From Novakomyces olei (Eukaryota): 64,000 nt of DNA. Made by a program: the position numbers and the translations under genes. Location: contig JADEYG010000009.1 of the NCBI GenBank assembly GCA_016906335.1, positions 248,001-312,000 of the forward strand. Direction: 5' to 3'. Positions within the stretch are counted from its first letter, which is position 1. Each line of letters starts with the position of its first letter. Below are positions 25,314 to 36,586 of the stretch, piece after piece. A model generated the notes under the pieces. The model made no database searches, had not been told where the DNA came from, and saw only the letters and a program-made list of their open reading frames with translations.

Positions 25314-26403
25314 ATGTCAAACTCTCTTGTCGGCGAAGTCTACGCCGGCATTGTCGAACAGGTTATTAAACGTGCACGAACCGACTTTGAAGATCACGAC
25401 ACAGACGAGGAAACGCTGATGGCGTTGAGGAGCCTTTGGCAAGATAACCTGACGGCTTCTGGAGTAGGCACTTTTCCTTGGGCTCCGCTAGCGCCCACTA
25501 ATACTGGCGGCAATAATGCTCCTGGTAATTCTGCGGCTTCCGCTTTAGATCCTGAGTCTTCCCTCGATCCTTCTGCCTTTGCTTCTCGTGACTCGGCCGG
25601 CTCAACTGCCGCAATGAGGGCTGCGCAACAGATCAGGGCTTTGGCTCAGCGACAGGGACAAAATCTGGGGTCTTCATGGAATGAAACTGTCTCTAATTTA
25701 CAGGCTTATGCCTCGCAAATGCAAAATAGTCCTTCATCTGCCAACGACCTACAATTGCCTTCACTACCTAATGTACAAAGATTTGGATCTGAGACTACAA
25801 TGGACCCGAATGCTTTTGTTATGGCTCCGGGGACTTCTTCCGCTGATACTCCGTTCAAAAATGAGCAAGATGTTGTTGTAAAATCAGAGCCAAAGGTGGA
25901 GGAGTTGTCTCCTGCTCAACTTTCGGCTCAGCACGTGGACCAGATGGTAGAAAGCCGTTTGAATGAGATTAATGGTAGGAAAAGATCAGCGCCAGACGAT
26001 CCTACAGAGTCAAAGGAGGCTAAGAGGCCGTCTGTAAAGCCGACTCCAACTCCAGTAGACGGCGGCTCAGGAGACGAGGATGCTATCAACTCCGATTTAG
26101 ATGATCCCGAGTCTGATCAAGAGGAGGAGGAAGCAGAGTATGGGGCGGATACTTCTGGTCAGAATATTATATTGTGTCAGTATGATAGAGTGTAAGTTGT
26201 ATTTTTATTTTTATTTTTATTTTAATTTATCAATTTTTTTTCTCTCTAATTTTGCTAGAGCTCGGGTGAAAAATAAGTGGAAATGTGTACTTAAAGACGG
26301 CATTGTCGGCATCAATGGTAAAGATTACCTTTTCATCAAAGGCAACGGGTAGGTTGAAATATTGAGATTGCGAAAACTAAAGGACAGGGAGTTTGAGTGG
26401 TGA
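25314..26403 (+). CDS. TOA1: Transcription factor IIA large subunit, 3 exons
   Basis: MSNSLVGEVYAGIVEQVI..ARTDFE...W; DEDAINSDLDD; NIILCQYDRVARVKNKWKCVLKDG...KDYLF.KGNGEFEW*. Introns 26192-26258 and 26349-26387. Confidence 0.95.
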
Positions 26404-26741
26404 TTTGGGGAAACTGTTTCACGATACCAATATTAGTATTTAGACCATAAGGCTCATTAAAGTGTCTAGTGGTTTTCTGTTTCTCGAAGCTTATTCTTTT
26501 CCCTTTATCATTGTCAATGAAGGCGCAACATCAATAATATTAATATTAATAAAAAAACAATTAAAAAAGAGACAGTTATTTATTATAGTACAACTAAATA
26601 GGCACATTACAGGTTAAAGCTTCTGTATTATTGACAATATAATAAAACACGTGTAAATTTGTCGATCTCGCTCAAACTTCGTAACTGCTCCTGTCTATTA
26701 CATTGCTATTCTAATGTAATTATTCTAATGTAAAATCGTGT

Positions 26742-26850
26742 CTAGTTGTGAAAAGCACTTTCAATCTCATTGATAACCGCATCCGAATGTTGTACTTTGT
26801 TGTGGCCTGCGCGATTAGAGAAGCGTGATGCAGATAGTGTAAAAAACTAA

Positions 26851-26925
<75 letters not shown>

Positions 26926-28582
26926 ATAGATAGATAGATAGATAATTATAAATGGAATCTCTTGACCAGTATCAAGCGCATGGCATATGGAGGCCATGAT
27001 TCGATTTTAATATAAAACATAGAGACAGAAACTTACCACCCCACGCAATTTCAGTGTATTTAATCTTTTGATCTTGCGAAGAGTAAATTATGGTCGACTG
27101 ACTGAGCTGCTCCCGTGATCTCTGCAATTCCAGCTCTTGCCGATTCACAGCGGGCACTGATACGGAGGCATTTAAAGCACTGTAAAACAATTCTTCAGAA
27201 TTAGAACTCGGAATCTCGAAATCAGATCGAGCATGAACAATTCTAATCTTTGTATATTCATTACGGCTATTGCTTGCCAGTCTAGCGATAGCTCGAGCAG
27301 AATCCCATTCATGGTAAAGGCACTGGAGCAAAAGATTCTGCACAAAGGGATAGCCTTTTAATGGACCCAAGATTGGAATTACACCAGCAAGTCGGTAAGT
27401 CTGGGCGACGTGAGCGATTGACTTGAACCCGGCAATGGAAATTATCCGATCCACAAAAACAGGATTGCTTGCATCGTGAGCCAAATAATCGGCTGTTGCT
27501 ATAGCGACTCCGGATCCCAGTGATTGCCCGAGTATTATCACGTCTTTTGGTTCTACTCCCAACTTGATAATATGCCTGACAAGATCAACAACGTCCTCGA
27601 TGAGACCTGGTTGCGATGGCTCTCCCGTGGAGAGGCCAAAGCCTCTGTAATCAAGTGCAAAAACGTGAGTATTTGGAATTGCCGCGTATAGGCGTAAAGC
27701 CGTAAGCCTGTGTTCTGTGCCTAAATTGCCTGCCGTCCCGTGTACTTGAAAAGTTAGCGATCAAAAATGCAGACAATTGGGGAACAAAATAAAATAAACT
27801 AAAACAAAATAAAATAAAATAAAATAAAACAGAGGCTTGAAAATTGAAAAAGAAAATAGTGGAAAACAAAACCCAGTCAATTTCTATCTACTAATACTAA
27901 ACTGACCATTCGTCATGTTAAAATAAATATTCGTAAAAGCCTAAATCGTCTGCATAGAGAGGAAAATAAGTCAGGGCGTACAATAAATCACGGCCTTCTT
28001 AGGCCCGGGCGACGCGAGCAGAGCATAGTGCAGAGATCCATCGTACTGGTCGACGGGTTTATTTATCAGATCGTCATAATGTTTGGTGTACAAATTGGCA
28101 GGCAGAAGCTTGGGTTAGTAATATTCAAAGCATCAGAATGAAAATTGCTATATCTAAGCCCAAAAAAAATCAAACTAAATCAAGTGAAAACTGGACATTG
28201 TCTGGCAAACAAGGTCTAATCCCAAACATGCGGACTAATATAAACAATTTTTGTCTTACATGCCAGGCGAAAACCCGTGCGTCACTGTGCTCTAAAGTGA
28301 AAGGCAATACACGATTTTCCGAAAACCCCAAAGTGTCTGGTCGAGTAAGATCGACAAAAGGGACATTGACCCAGTTCAAGTATAAAATTCTAAGATTAGA
28401 CACAATTGCTGGCGCAAAAGACTCCTTACCGTCGCTGTACCTCTGGATGAATCAGTGCAAGCACAAACGCTATGTAATTAGCAATTGAATTGGAATATAC
28501 GCGTCTTACAAAGGTAGATTAAGGCGAGAATTAATATTGGCCGCAGAGCAAGGATCGGGACACTTTTAACGCTAGACTTCAT
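26742..28582 (-). CDS. ABHD12-like membrane-anchored alpha/beta hydrolase, about 6 exons
   Basis: N-terminal TM; AWHLLP, IYLHGTAG, ALDYRGFGLSTGEPS, nucleophile GQSLG, HARSDFEIP and GGHN catalytic His after splicing. Confidence 0.85.
26848..26944. repeat. Intronic (TAAA)n/(TAGA)n microsatellite
   Basis: Visible run inside the last intron of the hydrolase gene. Confidence 0.95.
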
Positions 28583-29203
28583 GATTTATAAGCCGAAATG
28601 TGCCGCCGGCATTAGCCATTCGCAATTAATTACTATTAATAATTAGTATGGTGTTCCGGTTATTCTAGTCACTATACACACGGGTACCCGTCTCCATGTC
28701 CACAAAGTTTTTTAGTGATTGTAATGCTTATCTCGCTCAAACTACAGCAGACCAGAAAACGATAAGGTGCAATTATTTTGGAATTATTGTATAGAGTAAT
28801 GGTAAATAGGAAAGTAACAAGAGCAATGGATGGATGGATAGATAGATGACTGCCGTATTGTCTGCTAAACTATATTGACACTATTTTGATGTGCTCTGCG
28901 AGAACTGGCAATGACAAAGGCCCATTCCTCCACGACTGCTCAAATTTGCTCTCATATTATCACACGATCAAAAAGGTTTCTCTTACAGATTGCATATGTA
29001 TTAGCAGGAACAGTAGATTCGTAGTTGCACAATAAGCCATCCTTTCACATTCATTACAATTCCGTCAAGAACCCACTTGGATCAGAAAATTGCGGGTCAT
29101 GACACATTTATGCCTGCTACAAGTACCTGCCAGCCTTTGAGACAGACCATACTCCAACCACCATTTTATTTAGAATTAATACGTCCTCTACTCCGTTGGG
29201 CAT

Positions 29204-29491
29204 CTAATTTTCAATAACATAGCCCGGATTTGACCGACGTCGAGCACGCTCTTCAGCGGGCGACAGATTTTCTTCCGTTTCGTGTACGTCAACGAGCTCT
29301 TTGACTTTAAGTATAGCGCCGACAATAGTAGGAGTCGCCCGGTGAGTCCGCACAGACATGCGCTTCCCTAAACCCAATGCGGCCAATACCCTTCGCCTTT
29401 GCCTGCGAACGTTAAGACGTAATTCACAGCGGGAAACTTACCGCGGCATTCCGATACTTGACCGTATCTGCTGGATCCGAAGGTACACCAT
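29204..29491 (-). CDS. MRPL33: Mitochondrial ribosomal protein uL30m, 2 exons
   Basis: MVYLRIQQIRSSIGMPR + 39-nt intron (29441-29403) + QRRRVLAALGLGKRMSVRTHRATPTIVGAILKVKELVDV...NPGY. Confidence 0.9.
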
Positions 29492-29726
29492 GATTGATGT
29501 GTAATTTTTGCTCAATGGCTATTTGAATTCAATATTTAATAAAAATAAAATTGTGTTATAGTGTGTTTCTTCTTCTCGCGATTATTATAATAGGATAATG
29601 CACATTAATTTTATTCACAATAATATAATAAATATAATATTATTTCTTTCTTTTCCCTTTTTTTGTATAGATATATCTATCAATCATCGCAAAGGCCATT
29701 CGACTGTCCAGTATGGTCCAGACGAA

Positions 29727-31849
29727 ATGACTGCCGAGGCGCTCGCGGACGGTGACCTTTCTACGTAATTTTCTACAATTCTATCTCCAATTTCTCATGT
29801 GTTTATTAATTTTTCTCAGGTACAAACAAGATTTGCATCAGGCCCTCCAGCAATCGCGAGAGTCATGCGCGAGCCGTCGCTACTTTTCCGTCTTTTCAAG
29901 TCGCGGCGGTCGCGGTCACGGCAATGATGCAAACGAAGCGGTCACTCCTGCGCGTCATACTCTCTCGCGAATAGGCGAGTTTGATCTGACAGTTGGAATC
30001 CACGGGTTTGTGGGATGCCGATTTTACTCTGTCAAATACGTATTAGAGGAACAGGCGTTCGACCCACAAAGCTCTGCAAAGAAAGACAATTCTACGAAAA
30101 GAGATCAATCAGAAATAGAGGCGAAAACGTCATGGAAAGAAAAAGAAGGTCCGAATTTAGATGTTTGTACAAGTGCAGACGCTCCGATTCAAACTAGCAA
30201 GGCAGAAGGTACAGATGCTAAAGGCGTGGAAAAAATTGAAAAGGAAGCTCAAAATGACGTTGATAATGGCATTTCAAAGGATAATGGAAACGATACTCAC
30301 AAAGAAACTTCAAGGCAAACGCAGACTGAAAAGGATAATGACAAGGATACTGAAAAGGCTGTCTCTATGGGACCTGATGCTATTGAGAAAGTCAGCGTAC
30401 TTGACGGGTCGAAGGAGGACTCGGAATCTGAAAAGGGGAATAAAGATAATACCAATGTAGAAACAAAAAGGGAAGAATCTAATACAGAGCCAAAGGAGCC
30501 TAAGGAGGGACCAAGTACAGAACCTACTCAAGAAACAGCTCAGTCGGCTCTAAAGGCTGCTAATTTAAACTCAAAAACAGACTCAAATAAGGAATTAGAG
30601 CAATTGAAGGAAAAGTCTTTATTGAAACAAAATACTGAAACACGCGTAAAGCAAGAACCAGGATCTTTAACTCCAGGTGCGAAACCAAAAAGAGAACGGC
30701 GCCAGCAGCAGCCGACTACAAATTGGGCAGATATTGTATTTGATTTTGTGGAGAATACTGGTGAGAAATTTTTTCTTCCACGCAACACGAACCTTGTGAT
30801 TGAACCTTCTGCCGAGTTTTATACAGTAAGTTTGAATTTTTGCTTGCATTTGTTTTTTGTCAGGCTCGTTTCCTTTGTTCTTTCGATTTTTCGCTTTGTC
30901 GTTTCGTGTTTGATTTATTCTGTTCGTAATCTCGAAACTAAAGTCAATTAATTGTTTCAGTAAAAAATGTTTATTTAATTGTTTAATCGTTTCGTCAACA
31001 AATTAAAGATTATTTTATGATTGTTTTATTTTCGTATGCTTTACATACTTACTCCAGATTTTCTGCACGTACATCCTGTTTGACAAGACAAACTCAATTT
31101 ACGCCCCCGTTCGTTTACGCATCGATCGGGCAACGCGCAGGCTGGTAGAAAACCTGCAGCGCTACGTTTCCGATGAGCGATCAGCTGAAGCACGTGCAAA
31201 TACGGCTCAGCTAATGTCCACCGAGTCTTCTTCCGTCCGGGAGGATATGCCACAACCCTTTACAGCAGTTTTACCCGACAAGCGCGTTGCCTGGGCAACG
31301 CTGGATAGGCAAGATTTTACTGCTGAGCCGCCAGTGGAGAGCAAACCGCTGCTAAATACGTTGGAAAAACGGAGGCAGAGTTCCCCCGTAACGCGTGCCT
31401 TGAACAACGGATCTGCATCCCACGTTTCGCCTAATGTTCAAAGTATTAGTCATCATAGCGACACGAGCAACAGCCGACGTCGATCCTCACTTGCCGTGAC
31501 GACTCCCCCACCGGCAAGTAACAAATCCCGCACACCACGTGGAGTAAAAATCGAGTCAAAGGCACGGACGGGTACGCGTTCGCCTTCCGTCGAGTCGACG
31601 AATCCAACAAGTAAGCGGAAGCCTTCCATAACTGCCCGCAATACACCGCCCCGGCCGGCTAAAGTGCCAAAGCATATGTTTCAGGTTAAACGCGGTGAGC
31701 GTAGCGTTGGCGCAGAATGGCGCTGTGACGTTTGTGGGGCAAAGGAGACTCCCCTCAAGCGAAGAGGACCGAATGGGCCGGGCACTTTGTGTAATGCATG
31801 CGGGATGAAGGTTATCAAGGGGACAATGCGTCTAGAGCTGATTGATTAG
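29727..31849 (+). CDS. SWC3: Swc3-like (SWR1 complex) protein with a C-terminal GATA-type zinc finger, 3 exons (29727-29764, 29820-30825, 31058-31849)
   Basis: Swc3-like blocks LHQALQQSR..., GEFDLTVGIHGF.GCRFYSVK, DIVFDFVENTGEKFFLPR, YAPVRLRI. Both introns are canonical and keep frame into CDVCGAKETPLKRRGPNGPGTLCNACG (C-X2-C-X18-C-X2-C). Confidence 0.7.
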
Positions 31850-32321
31850 ACTGTATTTTGTGGACAGTGACTTGTGACTAAATGTTTGCCAAAGGGCAAC
31901 TTTATATACATAAAGGACAGATTTCGTATGATACTGTAATAGTGTCATTGTAATAGTGTCAGTATCACAACCTGCCAAGGTAATGTGACCATTCAAGGCT
32001 GTCTACAACGATATTGCAATATAATCTATAAAGCTAAAGACCTACAATGCTACTGCAGCTTTGTAAAAGACAGGATGCGTTTCGCTACTCCGTCTCTCTA
32101 CTCCGTTTCCGACTTTAGAGATACGCGTAGAGTCTTGTAATAATATTGACTATACATATTTCATAGCAACAGTATCTACGATTCGTTGCCTCATTCATAC
32201 TATTGTAAATGATACGGGTTTCAACGCACACCTACCATACCAGATGACCTTAATTTCGCATTAATTACACAAACCAAAACAATCAATATTGGCCATAAAA
32301 ACTCCGGGGTATATTAGGGTA

Positions 32322-33308
32322 TCACTTTCGCTTTCGCCGAGGTCCGGCGCGGGAACCTTGCAATTTCTCATACCGCGATCGAAACGCGTCTCGTTGTGTT
32401 TGATCATGCAGAATTGTATTGAAAATGCCATCGTCCCGATGACCGCCGTGCCCTCTACTGCTTGGTTCAAGAACGGAGGACACAATATGGCCGACTTGAA
32501 AATATTTGGGATTACCACCTTTTTTTGAAATAGCACCAGTAGATCGGTAGTGCCGTTTAGGATCAAGTACATTACGTAACCGCAAAGCATGTAGCTCACG
32601 TTTCAAGCTATCGTCCAATTCAGGCTTTGGCATATCGTACCATAGCGGACCGGCCGTGTCCTGTTTACTGGTCAGCTTTTGCAAATGAAAAGAAGGTCCC
32701 ACAAGAAAAAAATTTAAGACAAATAAAAGTAAAGATAAAAAAAAAGCAAGATACAAGGTGGTATTTCAAAAAGCCGAATCAGTGTAACTATGACATTTCT
32801 TTGTAAAGCTTCATCGAGGAAAGGGATCCAATACGGTCCTAAACTCGCTCTCGCCACAAAATTAGGTTTATCATCATATTCAGGAAGAGCGAAAACCCTG
32901 CTATGTAGAGATCTCTTCCTGACGGCCACATTGAAAACCAGATATGTGTATGAAAGGAACGCAAATATATTTCGAGAGGTAAAAAAAGGTAAATAAATAT
33001 CGAATGGTTAAACATACCTTTTCATCTCGTGCACGACGGTGTTTCCTCTGTTCACGGGGGTTCGTATGGCGCAGAGCTTCAATACGAGCATCTACAGAAG
33101 CATCTTTAGATTGCTGTCCGGTTTTTGCAACTGCCGTAGTAGAATTTGCTTCAGGATAATGTTTTTGTATCGGTTTAAAAGAATTTGGAATCAAAGTCGG
33201 CGGCAATTCCGCGACTGACCCATATGTGCCTATTTCTGATAGTAAACGATCAACAGATTCGATATCCACAAGGCCGTCTGTACGTACAAGGCGCCGTGGG
33301 TCAGTCAT
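32322..33308 (-). CDS. FCF2: rRNA-processing protein Fcf2, 2 exons (33308-33018, 32660-32322)
   Basis: DTAGPLWYDMPKPEL...KRELHALRLRNVLDPKRHYR...PKYFQVG = Fcf2 domain; 357-nt intron GTATGT...CTGAC...CAG. Confidence 0.9.
32775..32881 (-). ncRNA. snR63: Box C/D snoRNA, snR63/SNORD46 ortholog, intronic in FCF2
   Basis: C box ATGATGA (32877-32871), D box CTGA (32782-32779), terminal stem GAA/TTC. Guide GTCATAGTTAC is perfectly complementary to LSU helix 69 GUAACUAUGAC; the D+5 rule points to the second A (yeast Am2256). Confidence 0.88.
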
Positions 33309-34929
33309 AGCAGCAGAAGCAAAATTTTTGGTCAATTATATGCCTATATCCACATACCTCTTAATAGCAAAACCAGATTGGAGTTAAGTTAGATCAAAGC
33401 TGGATTTACAATAGTGAGGACTAGAACATTATAAATTGACATAAGATCTTGTGAGGAGTAGTAATAAGGCATTCTAGTATATTTATCTATGTTCGCACAA
33501 GATGTGTGGTCTTTGACGCACGATGGCAATATGACGCAGGACGCACCAAAATCATAAAGCCAAGTGCCGCCGACATCTGCGCTCGGTTTGGCATTCCTGC
33601 TTAAAGTTACTTTACGCATGGAACAAGTGTGGCTATATGACTACTTGTAAGGTAGAAAAGGCGCGCAGATCTTTTCGGCCTGTCAAACAAGCCTCTAGGC
33701 AAGTGTAATAATAGTTTGTGAAACATTTCCATTATAAGGCATTGCAGCTAGCGACACCGAATATTTGCTGCACTACATTTTAAAACACAATGCTTTTATG
33801 AGATGACTATGGCATACAAGCGAGGAGTAAATCAAACTTTTGGTGGTGCCAGAGTAAAAGGGGCACTTTAGAGATTGGCATAAAATCAAGGTTTTCCAAG
33901 CTTCGTATATAATTCATGTTGAAAAAAGTGTGCTCATAATTTTATTCGAGTGCCAGTATCAAGCCAGCCCAATGAAAAACAAACTAAAAATTTCTCCACA
34001 AACCAAAGCCACTGCGTAGAATCTAGAATATAATGGACCAATCATAAGCCTTCAAAATCATTGACAGCAGCCAATTCTTTACCGCTTTCGTCCAATTGTC
34101 CGCCAAACCCCAATAAACGAGGTTGGTATTAAGATTTAACCACAATGCGTTTAACAAATCCAAGGTCAAAGAGCCCGATGAAAATGCAATGGCCGCCGAG
34201 TTCATATTCAAATTTCTTGTCCAATTTTTGTTGGTTTCTCGAGATGAAACTTGGATGTAAAACGCGAGTCAAAATTCTCGCAACCGAGACCGCAGTGAGG
34301 TTTCCCATTTATGTACACATTAAGCAACAACTCAGTAATAGCCTTTCCCTCCCAATTATAAGCAAACAGGGTCTGTAAACAGACTGTAAAGCCAACCTCT
34401 GTTCCAACTTTGTCCACCCTAAACAATGTTAAACCAGATTATCCCAATCACGTTCGACCGACCAAACCTGTAAAGTATTGCCGAATTAATAATACACTTG
34501 TGCCGAGGATCAGTGTGCGAAAAAAGGGTAATTCTACTCCTGTGGAACAATACAGAATGAAGCGAGTGCGGGGAATCGGATAAATGGGCGAGCGGATATT
34601 GGAATGGTACTAGTGCGCGCAAAAGACACGCATAGAGCCATTACGTAAACTTTCAAAAGTGGTGCGAGAAACTCTACTTGCACACGGCAAAAATACAGTA
34701 TATAAACAAGTCTCACGCTCTTTTTGCCGGCGCCTTCAATTTTATCTATACTGCCTCCACTGTTTCGCGTATACTGCACACTGTATACACAAAGTGAATA
34801 TATTTATTCATTTATTCAATTTTTCAATTTTATTACTGGTCGAGGAACTAGTACAATCGCCGATAAGTAGTACATACACCGCCTCAGCCTTTACCGGACC
34901 GCCCTTCTTTGCTGCAGCGCTTGCTCAGA

Positions 34930-35766
34930 ATGTCGTCGAACGAGGATCACGCTTTTAGCGAGCGCAGTACTACCAATGGGTACAAGGAACGAAGCACAGA
35001 TCTCGACTTGGAGTCTCATAATCCGACACAGCACAATCAGTCGGAGGAGCCGCTTGATCTGAATATGACGGATGTGCGTCGATTAAAAGCGCTCTCGACA
35101 CTGCTCGGCCCGACTGGTGCCGATCTGTTTCCGTCCCCGCACAAGCGCGTTGAAGGTATTGCGAATCCCGCTCCTCTCGGACTGTGCGGTTTCGCTCTGA
35201 CCACTTTTGTACTCTCGCTTGTCAACGTCCAGACACGCTCTGTAACAATCCCCAATATCGTGATTGGACTGGCTTTCTTTTACGGAGGTCTTGTGCAACT
35301 AATCGCCGGTATCCTTGAATTTTGGCGTCAAAATACTTTTGGTGCCACCGCACTGGCTTCGTATGGTGGATTCTGGCTGAGTTTTGGTGCCATCTTTATT
35401 CCCTGGTTCAACATCGCCGAATCTTATGCGGATGAAGCAGAGCTTAACAATGCCATTGGGTTTTTCCTCTTTGGATGGTTCATTTTCACTTTTATCCTCC
35501 TTATTTGTACGCTAAAGTCGACAGTAGCGTTTTTCCTACTGTTTTTCACCCTTGACCTGGCCTTCCTTATGCTCGCAATTGGTCACATGGGCGGTGAACA
35601 AGAGCACCTTATTCGTGCCGGAGGAGCGTTCGGTCTTTGTGCTGCCTTTATGGCCTGGTACAACGCCCTTGCTGGTCTTGCTGATAACCACAACTCGTTC
35701 TTCAAGATTCGTACTCTGCCCTTCCCATGGTCTGAGACTGGCCGCAAGGGAACTAAGGAAGACTAA
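34930..35766 (+). CDS. ADY2: Gpr1/Fun34/YaaH (AceTr) acetate transporter
   Basis: ANPAPLGLCGFALTTF signature, FFYGGLVQ, NTFGATALASYGGFW, six TM segments. Confidence 0.93.
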   Translation: MSSNEDHAFSERSTTNGYKERSTDLDLESHNPTQHNQSEEPLDLNMTDVRRLKALSTLLGPTGADLFPSPHKRVEGIANPAPLGLCGFALTTFVLSLVNVQTRSVTIPNIVIGLAFFYGGLVQLIAGILEFWRQNTFGATALASYGGFWLSFGAIFIPWFNIAESYADEAELNNAIGFFLFGWFIFTFILLICTLKSTVAFFLLFFTLDLAFLMLAIGHMGGEQEHLIRAGGAFGLCAAFMAWYNALAGLADNHNSFFKIRTLPFPWSETGRKGTKED

Positions 35767-36586
35767 ATGGGTTTTTGCCTCGCCTTGTCCGGGTTTTGTT
35801 GTATTTGATTTCACGCGATCGTAATAGCGTCCAACTCCCTCCCTTTTTTTTAAATCATTTTTTCATATTTTGATAGCCGCGTGATACCAATCAATGTCTT
35901 GTCGCTTTGCGGATCAATTTACTATAATGTATTCTATGCCGTGCACTAGTTGGAACATACACTACGAAATTATACTCTAGCTATGAATGCTGACTGCTAT
36001 TTGTAGAACTCCTAGTAAAATTTGAAGAATTCGTAGTAAAATCCTGTAGGATGGCCAAGAGCACTTTGGTTCCGGATCAAAACAAGTTAGATTTTGCTCA
36101 TGAGGCAGTATGCAATTTTTTATAGAGAAGAGCAGTCTTCTTGGGCTTTGGATTAGAACACAATTCGAACAAGAAATAGCCGCTAACCAACACTGGTTAT
36201 GACCAGCCAACCGAGGGAGCGCGAGCTTGTACTCGAGTCTCTCTTTGAATATGACATTGCCTTTGCTTATTGTATCTTTCAAGAACGATCATAAATCTAA
36301 ACCATTAATGACTGTAATACATGAATAATTTATAGGATTAACAAGTTTACGAAATAACGGGTATTAATTAATAGGAAGGAAGGACGAAGACTAATAAAAT
36401 AAAATTGTAGAATAAATAATAATTTAAATAGCAGGCTAATAAATCACTTTCGCTACAAAATAGATATTGATTAATTGATTGATTGATAGGACAATAATTA
36501 CAAAAATCAGCAAACCAAAGGCCATACACAATGCAAGGCTTATTATTCGCAAGCAAAGGCCGGTAATCCACATCGCTTTGCCGCTT

